NCBI GenBank assembly: GCA_024650005.2
Contig: CP122380.1
Coordinates: 736,001 to 800,000 of the forward strand
Length of the DNA stretch: 64,000 bases
DNA from: Candidatus Bathyarchaeum tardum
GTDB lineage: Archaea > Thermoproteota > Bathyarchaeia > Bathyarchaeales > Bathyarchaeaceae
Reading direction: 5' to 3'
Numbering within the stretch: position 1 is the first letter of the stretch; the number at the start of each line of letters is the position of its first letter. The notes below the pieces were generated by a model, which did no database searches, was not told the origin of the DNA, and saw only the letters and a program-made list of their open reading frames with translations. Of the stretch, positions 30,793-41,534 are shown piece by piece. The position numbers and the translations under genes were made by a program.

Positions 30793-31091
30793 TATTGGAT
30801 AATTGCCCTAAATGTATATTATTGGAATTTTTTTCTGCACAAAGGATTTTTTTGTAGTCCACTTCCAGTTGAAGAAAAACAGTTGCTAAGAACATTTTAC
30901 AATTAAACCATTCTCCAAAATAACAATGATACAAACATTTTTTGATCCTTTGACATTATTTGATAGGCTCTTCAAATGATTCTCTTGACCTAATTAGTGG
31001 TGAACAGGTAACACAAACTTACCTGAAATCAAAAACTTTTTCTATTCTTGTTTATATTCTAAACTCCTACCAAACTGTAATGGTGAATCTA

Positions 31092-31325
31092 ATGAGTGAA
31101 CCCTTAGAAGAACGAGTTAAGAAAGCTCTTGAACAAGTGCGACCTCAACTACAGGCTGACGGCGGTGACATCGAATATGTTGGATTTGACAATGGCGTAG
31201 TAAAAGTCAAACTTAAAGGTGCATGTAACGGATGCCCAATGTCTGCCATGACCCTGCAATGGGGTGTTGAAAACTTTCTTAAAAAACAGATATCTGAAGT
31301 AAAGAAAGTAGAAGCAGTCCAGTAG
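31092..31325 (+). CDS. NifU C-terminal domain (NfuA-like) Fe-S carrier
   Basis: VRPQLQADGGDIE..LKGACNGCPMS. Confidence 0.92.
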   Translation: MSEPLEERVKKALEQVRPQLQADGGDIEYVGFDNGVVKVKLKGACNGCPMSAMTLQWGVENFLKKQISEVKKVEAVQ

Positions 31326-31487
31326 CAAATTTTCAGCTTTAGTTTATACTAAGGCTCCTTGTTTTTATTTACAAAACATTTTGTTTAAAATTTAATTGTG
31401 TATATAGTTAAAAAAATAAAAGACCAGAAAACCAGCGAGTTTTGGTTTGCTGGTTACTGTTTTTTGTTTCAATACGAAGCTTTCGTG

Positions 31488-34187
31488 CTAATGTAATTCT
31501 TCCTTCAGGTTGAGGGAAGCTTTTACGACGTCCGCGTCGTATTGAATAGTAAACCCCATCTTCCGTAACAGTCGAATTGCCCTGTAATTGTCTTTTAGCA
31601 TTTCAGCGTAAATTGTATCCAGACCCATGTCTTTGCTGATTTCAATGATGTAGTCTACCATCTTGGAGCCTAAACCAAGGTTTTGCCATTTATCTGAAAC
31701 AATAAATGCGACTTCTCCGTTTTTACCATCAGGTTCAGTTATTAATCTAACAACTCCCAAGAATTGTCTTTTTCCGTTTTGAAATTCTGCTACAATTCCA
31801 ATTTCTCTGTCGTAGTCGATGTTGCAGTATCTAACTCGAACTTCGTGGGGCGTGTCTTTGATGAAATTAAAGAATCTATAACGTACTGCTTCTTCTGAGA
31901 AACTCTTGAACATGTCCAACCATAACGGCTCATCTTCAGGTTTAATAGGTCGCAATAGGACTTGTCTGCCGTCCCGCATTTTCCAAACAGTCTCGTATTT
32001 TTTGGGATATGGACTAATTACCAAATGTGCGTGGGGTTCAACTTTTTTGAAGACTTTTTCTATGTCAATTACGATTCGTGCATCAAGGGCAATAACATCA
32101 TTTTCGTTAACAAATAATGGGTTGATGTCAACTTCTTTTATCTGTGGAAAGTCAATGAGCATTTGAGAGAATCGAACAATAGTTTCTTCCAAAAGCTTAA
32201 GGTTTGCAGGGGGCATGTTTCGGAAACCTTTGAGCATATTGTAGACCTTAGTTTCTTCTATCATTCTACTTGCCAAGTTTTGGTTCAATGGTGGAAGCCC
32301 AATGGTAACATCTTTGAAGATTTCAACTCCAACTCCGCCCATTCCAAACAAGACTACTGGACCAAACAAAGAATCAGTTTGCGCGCCAAGAATAACTTCG
32401 TAGCCTATTCTACTAATCATTGGTTGAACAGTGACACCTTGAATTTCTGCGTTTGGAACTTTTTCTTTTGCCCTTTGCATTAGTTTACGGTAAGAATCAA
32501 CAAGTTCCTCTTTGGAATTGATGTCCAGTATTACGCCTTCAATGTCTGACTTGTGAACAATTTGTGGCGAAAGAATCTTCATAACAACTGGATACCCAAT
32601 GCTTGATGCTGCATTAACTGCATCATTTTCGTTTTTGGCGATAACTGTTTTCACGATGGGTATGCGATAATTTTCGAGTAACTGTTTTGCTTCTGTTTCT
32701 GTAAGAATTTCTCTTTTCTGGTTTGCTGCTTCTTTAATAATCACATTAATTGGACGTTTTGGTGGAACACTGTCTACGGGCAATTCTTCAGGTGTTTGGT
32801 ACAGCATCTCAAGGTTGCGACTGTATTGGTGCATGTACATGTAAGTTTTAACCGCTTGTTCTGGCGTGGAATAAGTCGGAATGTTGTTTTGGTTAAGAAT
32901 CTTGTTTGCTTCTTCTACCTCTTCATGGCCCATAAATGAAGTCAAAACAGGTTTGTTAATACCTTTTTTCTTTACAATTAGCGCAATGTTCTTGGCGATT
33001 TTCACAGGATCGGCTACCCCCTGAGGCGTGTAAATTATTAACATTCCGTCAATATTTTCGTCTTTTATACACGCTTTAAGAACTGCCTCGTACCTGTCTG
33101 TTTGGGCATCCCCTAAAATGTCAATTGGGTTGCCCCTGCTCCAGAAGGGAGGCAAAACTTGGTTAAGTTCATCAATAGTTTTCTGGTCTAATTTTGCTAA
33201 TTTTCCACCTTCTTGTATGACTGAGTCGGCAGTCATAACTCCTGGACCTCCAGCGTTAGTAATTATTGCCAGTCGTGGTCCTTGGGGTAAGGGTTGAACA
33301 CCTAAAACTTCTGCACAATTGAATAGGTCTCCTATGTCTTCAACTCGAACTATTCCCGCACGCCTAAGTGCTGCGTCATAGGTCATGTCTGAGCCTGTCA
33401 ATGCGCCGGTATGTGAGGCTACAGCTTTTGCGCTTTCACTGAATTTTCCTGCTTTAACTACAATTATAGGTTTTGTACGGGCAAAGTGCCTTGCAGCGCT
33501 CATGAATTTTCTGGCTTGGGTGATGCCTTCAATGTACATGAGTATGCTTTTGGTTTTGGGGTCATTTCCAAAATAATCAATTAGGTCACCAAAGTCTACG
33601 TCTAACATGGATCCAATTGAAACGAAGTTACTAAATCCAATGTTTTCATTAATTGCCCAATCTAACATTGCTGACCCTAAGGCTCCACTTTGGGAAATAA
33701 CTGCAATGTTTCCGGGTTTGGGGATTTTGTTTGAAAAAGTAGCGTTAAGTTTGTTGCTTGGGCGAATAATTCCAAGACAGTTCGGACCAATTATTCGAAG
33801 ACCATATTTTTTCTTGATTTCGGCAATCTGATTTTCTAGCTCTTTGCCTTTGGGTCCGATTTCTTTGAACCCTGCTGAAACTATTATTAGTCCAATAATT
33901 CCTGCTTTGCCACATTCTTCTACTATTGAAGGAACAGTTTTAGCGGGGGTTGCAATAATTGCTAAGTCAACTTTTTCGGGGATTTCTCCCACGTTTTTGT
34001 ATGCTTTAACTCCAAGAATTTCGTCTTTTTTAATGTTGATTGGATATACTTTGCCATCATACCCTTTTTGAGTAAGGTTAATCATCAAAGAATAGCCTAC
34101 GGAGCCCTTCTTGTCGCTAGCTCCTACTACGGCGATACTTTCGGGGTTAAAGATATTGTCGAGGTTCATCGTAACCATCGTTAACAC
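31488..34187 (-). CDS. ADP-forming acyl-CoA synthetase alpha/beta + GNAT fusion (Pat/PatZ-like)
   Basis: CoA-binding domain (GPNCLG, SQSGA, ASHTG), ATP-grasp domain (HKSD, DINPL) and a C-terminal GNAT (LRPIKPED, QNLGLGS). Confidence 0.9.
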   Translation of the reverse strand: MLTMVTMNLDNIFNPESIAVVGASDKKGSVGYSLMINLTQKGYDGKVYPINIKKDEILGVKAYKNVGEIPEKVDLAIIATPAKTVPSIVEECGKAGIIGLIIVSAGFKEIGPKGKELENQIAEIKKKYGLRIIGPNCLGIIRPSNKLNATFSNKIPKPGNIAVISQSGALGSAMLDWAINENIGFSNFVSIGSMLDVDFGDLIDYFGNDPKTKSILMYIEGITQARKFMSAARHFARTKPIIVVKAGKFSESAKAVASHTGALTGSDMTYDAALRRAGIVRVEDIGDLFNCAEVLGVQPLPQGPRLAIITNAGGPGVMTADSVIQEGGKLAKLDQKTIDELNQVLPPFWSRGNPIDILGDAQTDRYEAVLKACIKDENIDGMLIIYTPQGVADPVKIAKNIALIVKKKGINKPVLTSFMGHEEVEEANKILNQNNIPTYSTPEQAVKTYMYMHQYSRNLEMLYQTPEELPVDSVPPKRPINVIIKEAANQKREILTETEAKQLLENYRIPIVKTVIAKNENDAVNAASSIGYPVVMKILSPQIVHKSDIEGVILDINSKEELVDSYRKLMQRAKEKVPNAEIQGVTVQPMISRIGYEVILGAQTDSLFGPVVLFGMGGVGVEIFKDVTIGLPPLNQNLASRMIEETKVYNMLKGFRNMPPANLKLLEETIVRFSQMLIDFPQIKEVDINPLFVNENDVIALDARIVIDIEKVFKKVEPHAHLVISPYPKKYETVWKMRDGRQVLLRPIKPEDEPLWLDMFKSFSEEAVRYRFFNFIKDTPHEVRVRYCNIDYDREIGIVAEFQNGKRQFLGVVRLITEPDGKNGEVAFIVSDKWQNLGLGSKMVDYIIEISKDMGLDTIYAEMLKDNYRAIRLLRKMGFTIQYDADVVKASLNLKEELH

Positions 34188-34383
34188 CTTTATTGATATT
34201 TTGAGTTTTTGTTAACTGAGAAACTTCATGATGTGCTCATACTTAACTATAACTTATTTCTAATTCGGTTTTAAGGGGAAAAAAACGAATTAAATCTGAA
34301 AAGAAGTATGTTAACAGTCTAAAACTTAATGAAAAACTTAAATACGTCTTTAAATAAAAAAGACGCTACAAAGGGGTATTAAA

Positions 34384-34605
34384 ATGAAACATCCTGAATT
34401 ATCTGTGGCTCCAATGCACAGAATCTGCAAAAAAGCGGGCGCTAGCCGAGTAAGTGAAGCAGCAGCAAAAGCGTTGGCAAAACAATTAGACGATATTGGC
34501 GTTAAAATCGCTAAAGAAGCAATCGATTATGCAATGCATGCTGGACGAAAAACCGTCAAAGAAGAAGACATTGAAATAGCTGCAAAAAAAGTTTTAGAAA
34601 AATAA
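34384..34605 (+). CDS. Archaeal histone (HMf-like)
   Basis: [28 protein letters not shown]. Confidence 0.93.
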   Translation: MKHPELSVAPMHRICKKAGASRVSEAAAKALAKQLDDIGVKIAKEAIDYAMHAGRKTVKEEDIEIAAKKVLEK

Positions 34606-34730
34606 CCATTTTTCTCTTCTTTTTCTAAAAGAGGCACAACTGACGCCTCTCTCTTTGTCTAGTGAAAAACTTTATATCCCAGTTGAAAGTGCAGTAGCTA
34701 GAATTTATCTAACAAATAGGAGGATTTGTA

Positions 34731-36365
<1,635 letters not shown>

Positions 36366-36470
36366 AAGGTCTAATTGACCTCTCTTTCCTTTTTTTGTTT
36401 TTCTAAACTAATAGCATACATAGAAGATGTTTTAGCTTCTTTGTGCTAGATTGTAATTATGTGAGAATCA

Positions 36471-37448
36471 ATGGTACAAAAGGTTACTAAACCTCTTACA
36501 TTGGGCGTTGACCTTGGAGGCACCAAAGCTAATATTGCATTGGTAGATGCTGTTGGTAAAGTATTGTTTTCTCGCAAGTTTTTGATTCCTGTCTCAAAAG
36601 AACCTGATGATGTACTCAAACACCTTGTAACCGAAATGGATAATTGCTTTAGTCAAACAGGTTACAAAGCTACTGCGTTTGGTATTGGAGTAGCTGCACA
36701 AGTTGATTCTGATGGTTTCATTTTTGGTTCTCCTAATTTGGGTTGGCAAAATTTTTCGTTGAAGCATAAACTGGAAAAACTGATTGATTTACCTGTGTTT
36801 ATAACTAATGATGTGCGTGCGGCTACTTGGGCTGAATGGCGTTATGGCTTTAGAAAAAATGTTAACGATTTGGCTGTTATTTTTGTTGGGACCGGTATTG
36901 GTGGGGGTGCGATATCTGGAGGGAAACTTTTGTTTGGTTGCAATAACAGTGGAGGTGAACTTGGGCACGTAACTCTTGTCTATAATGGGCGAAAATGTCG
37001 TTGTCCTAATCGGGGTTGTTTAGAAGCTTATGCAGGTGGTTGGGCAATTGCCGACCGCGCCCAAGAAGCTGTGAGAGAAAACCGTGAAAAAGGACGTTTT
37101 TTGGTGTCTTTAGCTGGAACTATAAAAAACATTACTGCTGCTACTGTTGCCCAAGCGTATCATGAAGGTGACCCCTTAGCTGAATTGTTGGTGGAACAAA
37201 CTGGCAAATATTTAGCAGCGGGAGCAGTTAGTGTTGTTAACGCTTTCAATCCTTGTTGCCTTGTTTTTGGTGGGGGCATTATCGAAGGAATCCCTGACCT
37301 AGTAGAAATCGTCAAAAAGGTTCTTCCAAGCATGGCATTAAAATCTGCTGTAACAAACTTAAAAATTGAAAAATCAAAACTAGGAAACAATGCAGGAGCA
37401 ATCGGCGCAGCTGTTTTGGCACAACAACTGGTACCCAAAATGCAATGA
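36471..37448 (+). CDS. ROK-family sugar kinase (glucokinase-like)
   Basis: Motifs DLGGT, NDV, GTGIGGG, GELGH and CRCPNRGCLE. Confidence 0.92.
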   Translation: MVQKVTKPLTLGVDLGGTKANIALVDAVGKVLFSRKFLIPVSKEPDDVLKHLVTEMDNCFSQTGYKATAFGIGVAAQVDSDGFIFGSPNLGWQNFSLKHKLEKLIDLPVFITNDVRAATWAEWRYGFRKNVNDLAVIFVGTGIGGGAISGGKLLFGCNNSGGELGHVTLVYNGRKCRCPNRGCLEAYAGGWAIADRAQEAVRENREKGRFLVSLAGTIKNITAATVAQAYHEGDPLAELLVEQTGKYLAAGAVSVVNAFNPCCLVFGGGIIEGIPDLVEIVKKVLPSMALKSAVTNLKIEKSKLGNNAGAIGAAVLAQQLVPKMQ

Positions 37449-37533
37449 ATTAGTTTTTTGGTGTTTTGTAAGTTTTGTTATGCAAAAGGTTAATGTTGTT
37501 GAATGTTGCCTTTGTGTTAGGCAGGGAATTCAG

Positions 37534-37785
37534 ATGGCAGTCTTAGCATATGTATTAGTTACGCTGAATCCAGGCAGCGAAAAAAACATACTCGAAAAAG
37601 TTGCAGATTTTGAAGAAGTTACACAAGTAAACATGACCTATGGAGAATATGACGCTCTTGTTTTGGTCACAGCTGACACTTTAAGTCAATTGAACGATTT
37701 TCTAACAGAAAAACTTCGAGTATTACCCGACATATTCCAAACAGCTACGTTAATAGTAGCAAAAACTCATCGAAGCAAAAAATAG
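37534..37785 (+). CDS. Stand-alone Lrp/AsnC ligand-binding (RAM) domain
   Basis: AYVLV..TYGEYD..T.TLIV pattern; no HTH. Confidence 0.85.
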   Translation: MAVLAYVLVTLNPGSEKNILEKVADFEEVTQVNMTYGEYDALVLVTADTLSQLNDFLTEKLRVLPDIFQTATLIVAKTHRSKK

Positions 37786-37899
37786 AAAACGCCATTAACT
37801 AAAACAGTGCTGGCTTTTCTTTAATTGACTTATTAGTCGTTAATATCCGTGCAATCTCAAAAACTATATTTTCACTCCTTAACCAACATGTCATGCGTT

Positions 37900-37921
37900 T
37901 TTAGTCAAAGTTTCTTGACAA
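37900..37921 (+). promoter_or_regulatory. Palindromic GTCAAR-N4-CTTGAC site
   Basis: tttagtcaaagtttcttgacaa, about 38 nt before ATG 37959. Confidence 0.55.
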
Positions 37922-37958
37922 GAATCCTTTTCATCTCTTTAATTAATTTAGGAAAGCA

Positions 37959-38802
37959 ATGATATTAAAAAAACAATTAACAACTAGTTACATGTCAATG
38001 CTTACTCTTTTGTTCACAGCAGTTTGACTAAAATTTCCAGTTACTTTTGCATCTGAATTAACGTCTCAGGCTCAAACTGGGGCATTCATACAAAATGCGC
38101 TTCCGGTGGACCTGTCACAATACAATGTGACGCTTAAAAATCACTCACAACTTGGAACAAAAGACATGATCAGGTACACATTAGAGTCAGATGAAAGCAG
38201 TCTCCGCCTTTTTTTTGAACTTGAAAATAACGTTCTGCATTATTGTAATATAAACACAGAAAAAGGGCAAGTCATCAGTGACACAAAACACGATAACCTA
38301 ATTGATGCCGTAAAAAGTTTTCTTGAAAAATACCAAACATGCACCAAAATGGACTCAACCAACCTGATAGAGATGCTAGATGAAATTGACGTAACAAAGA
38401 ACTCAACAATAACAAAAGGAGATATCAAGTTCACAATATCCAGCATCAACGACATTGGAACTAAAAAAACGGTATTCAAATGGTTTCACATGGTAAATGG
38501 TGCAGAATATGATTCATTGAAAGTTGGTTTTCAAACAAAAACCATGGTCTTTGATTCCTTAGTAGACACCCGTGCTCTTTATTCAGTTGGCGACACAACA
38601 GTAAATGGCTCCAGTGAACAGACAATTGACATTGCAATGAAGTATAGTGAGGTTTACTCGTATGCTATTCCTGATGGCTCAAAAGTTTCTGGCTTTAACC
38701 TAACAAAAGACAAAACCACAACAGAACTACTCACTACCCCTCTAAACACTACTGAACTTAGACCTGCTGGATGGTCAGATTGACATTCATTCAGTTTAAT
38801 TA
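37959..38802 (+). pseudogene. Degraded paralog of the N-terminal half of 39317-41338
   Basis: ATG 37959 is in frame with the 38106 ORF but has TGA at codon 23. A frameshift at about 38765 gives CWMVRLTF, matching IWNVKLYF of the paralog, and the gene then truncates. Confidence 0.7.
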
Positions 38803-38877
38803 AGAAATCTTGAGTTGCTCAAATTATGATTCGTTTCTGTAGTCCGGAAGGCGGGTGTTTATCAGTACTCATTTTTG

Positions 38878-39316
38878 GAACAAAAAATTTTGAATTATTT
38901 ATTCAGAAAATATCGCTTCTGAATGTTGCGTTAGTGTCTTTGTTGAATTGACAAACGTTGCAAAAATTTTAATATTTATCAATTATTCATTAAATTTTAG
39001 TTAAACAATTGTTTAGTACTTTTGTTATTTTTTGTTCATCTATAAATCTTTTTTACAAAAAATTTATATCAAAGTTTTGGAATAAAAAATTTGGGGAAAA
39101 AGACTATGTTGCCCCGTATGGTATTGTTTGCACTTTGGAATCAAAGTTTTCCTGCAAAATTAATTGATGTTTCTTCTCAGACAGTGTTAACTGATTTTCC
39201 CTTCTTGAAGCGAGACAAATGTTTCGGGGGTGCCTCACCGCCCTAAGCCCAACTGAAGGGCAAAAGAGATCGCACGGAGAACAAAGCCGTGCAGAAAAAC
39301 AAAGGAGGAAAACAAA
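38878..39316 (+). repeat. Copy B of the ~440-bp promoter+leader cassette
   Basis: Contains palindrome TAAACAATTGTTTA (39002-39015), TATA tttatat at about 39063, the uORF, hairpins and SD aggagg. Confidence 0.9.
39091..39246 (+). CDS. Putative leader peptide (M)GKKTMLPRMVLFALWNQSFPAKLIDVSSQTVLTDFPFLKRDKCFGGASPP
   Basis: TTG lies ~28 nt after the TATA start (ATG at 39106 is an alternative start). Only synonymous differences from copy A in the last 10 codons. Confidence 0.5.
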   Translation: MGKKTMLPRMVLFALWNQSFPAKLIDVSSQTVLTDFPFLKRDKCFGGASPP

Positions 39317-41338
39317 ACGATTCGATTAGCTAAAAAATTGTTCACGTATTCATTTTTCCTGTGCGCTCTATTGGCGATGGTTACGATAAACGCCTCTTTA
39401 GTTTGTAATGCAACTACTCAAGAAGAATCAACTGCCCCCGAAAAAGCGTTAAATCTATTAGAAAAGGTAGTCGGTCTTGATATGGAAGCATACGATACTA
39501 CGTTTGATTTGCATACTCAAGACTTGTACTTAGATTCTCTGCCTCAAGAAAGCATACAATACACCATCGATTCGGCTGATAGCAAAGTTGAGGTCATCTG
39601 TAATTTTGTTAATGAGAAATTACAGTTAATGAGTTTACATCCAATAAATGGTTTGGCACTAATGGTACAACAACATGCAAACGTTGTGAGTTCAGCCAAA
39701 GCCTTTCTTGTCAACTATCAAGCTGATTCTGGAGTATCATACCTTGAACCGATGACAAATATGTTAGATCTTGTCGATGGCAACGAAAATAGTACCCAAG
39801 TAGTCGAAGATGTAAAACTTGAAGTAATTGTAACTCAAGATTCTACAACTTTTCGGTGGTCGCCTGCGGCTAACGGTGTTGAAGTCATGTATAAATGGGT
39901 AATAGTAAGCTTTGAAAACGGATCATTAGCATTATTCATGGACAATTGGGAACTCTACAATATCGACAGTTATGACCTAACCCTATCTGAAGAACAAGCC
40001 ATAGACATAGCCATGGATGCAAGTAAAAATTATTCATGGACCGTGTATATGGGAGAAGATAAGCCTTCTGTGGAAGTAACTGAATTTACTGTAGAAGGCG
40101 TAAGCGAAACAAAACTAACGTTTAGCAACTATCCTTCAAAAAACGACTCTCGTAATGAAGACCCCTCAACCTTGTATCCCATCTGGAACGTTAAACTGTA
40201 CTTTGATAATTTTTATCGCGGCAATGTTTACGGACTCAACATTGCAATCTGGGCGGACACAGGAAAAGTTCATGAAGTACGTCCTATGATTTGGATGGAT
40301 GACTTGTCATCAGACAAGACCATCACTGACAACGAAATAACTAGTGAGTTAAGCTTAAATGAAGATAGTAATGAAACAAGCTCAAATCTATCATCGGTCC
40401 CGTGGATAGCACTTCCAATTACAGCCGTATTTGGAGTAACGATAGTTTATTCTAAAAGAAAAAACAGTCCAAACAAACTACTTAAGATAACAAAAGCAGC
40501 AGTTTCAAAACTAAGCAGATTACTTTTGTGCCTTTTAATGGTAGTTAGTATAGTTCCAATGGCAACGCAAACAGTGAAGGCAGATGATTGGGGCATAACC
40601 CTTTGGGCCGTTGAATATGAATTAGCCGACGGAGAATTTGACGCCGCGAACAATGTTATCAGCACCATGATGACCTATTTTGGCAACAGAGGCTATACTT
40701 GTTATGACTACAGCGGTCAAGATACACAAAGAGATAGCATATTATCCAACGCTTCGTACATGGAATCAAATTTTGATTATGTGGCCCTGTTTCACTATGG
40801 CCATGGAGGCATGAACGGTGTACACCGAGACTACTTTGATAACGACTATAATTATTCTTATCATTATTGGCAACCTGATAATGAGATCTGGGACTACGAT
40901 GTGTATCAACAAACCAGTTCTAGCAAGCATTTCTTTGTGATGCTATGGGCGTGCCGGCAAGGAGACCATGTGGGCGGTTTGGGTGGCCCTAATGGTGCTT
41001 ATGGAATGCCGTTTGCTTGGCATCATACAACTCCGACTTCTTATGGTCCTGATTGTTTCATAGGATTCGAAAATGCTTCAATGCCTTTAACTCAGACTTC
41101 AAGTCACAACCCTTCAATAGATTACGAATTCTACATCAGACGTTTCTATGTTTTAGCGTTACATAATGGCTATTCAGTATATAATTCACTAAACATCGCC
41201 TCATGGAATTGGTTTGGATGCAGCTACTCAAATAGTGAACTAAACACAGGATACACTGCACAATGGGGCGAAGACCCTGACGATTGGGATGGCGGCAAAA
41301 TGAAAATCTATGGAAACGACGACATATACTTGTACTAA
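39317..41338 (+). CDS. Secreted two-part protein: membrane-anchored N-terminal domain, internal signal peptide, then a clan-CD (caspase/gingipain-fold)-like peptidase domain
   Basis: ACG after the SD is in frame with TTG 39338. TM-basic loop-TM ending VKA|DD. Dyad motifs FHYGHGG and VMLWACRQG. Confidence 0.7.
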   Translation, partial: TIRLAKKLFTYSFFLCALLAMVTINASLVCNATTQEESTAPEKALNLLEKVVGLDMEAYDTTFDLHTQDLYLDSLPQESIQYTIDSADSKVEVICNFVNEKLQLMSLHPINGLALMVQQHANVVSSAKAFLVNYQADSGVSYLEPMTNMLDLVDGNENSTQVVEDVKLEVIVTQDSTTFRWSPAANGVEVMYKWVIVSFENGSLALFMDNWELYNIDSYDLTLSEEQAIDIAMDASKNYSWTVYMGEDKPSVEVTEFTVEGVSETKLTFSNYPSKNDSRNEDPSTLYPIWNVKLYFDNFYRGNVYGLNIAIWADTGKVHEVRPMIWMDDLSSDKTITDNEITSELSLNEDSNETSSNLSSVPWIALPITAVFGVTIVYSKRKNSPNKLLKITKAAVSKLSRLLLCLLMVVSIVPMATQTVKADDWGITLWAVEYELADGEFDAANNVISTMMTYFGNRGYTCYDYSGQDTQRDSILSNASYMESNFDYVALFHYGHGGMNGVHRDYFDNDYNYSYHYWQPDNEIWDYDVYQQTSSSKHFFVMLWACRQGDHVGGLGGPNGAYGMPFAWHHTTPTSYGPDCFIGFENASMPLTQTSSHNPSIDYEFYIRRFYVLALHNGYSVYNSLNIASWNWFGCSYSNSELNTGYTAQWGEDPDDWDGGKMKIYGNDDIYLY

Positions 41339-41534
41339 ATGATCAAAAAATAGTTTGATACAACAAACGCGAACAGTAAAGTTAAACACATAAATTTCCC
41401 TCTTTTTTTTAAAAAAAAATTTCCAAAGGCATATTTGTTCTAAAAATGAGTGTGCCCTATTGGTAAACATATGATGTAACATTCGCATAAAAAATAAAAG
41501 ACTGAAAAAAATTAGTATAATATTGGGGTTTTAT

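Noticed and set aside
38025-38027. In-frame TGA as selenocysteine
   Set aside because: It lies in a signal peptide of a gene that is also frameshifted and truncated; no SECIS was seen.
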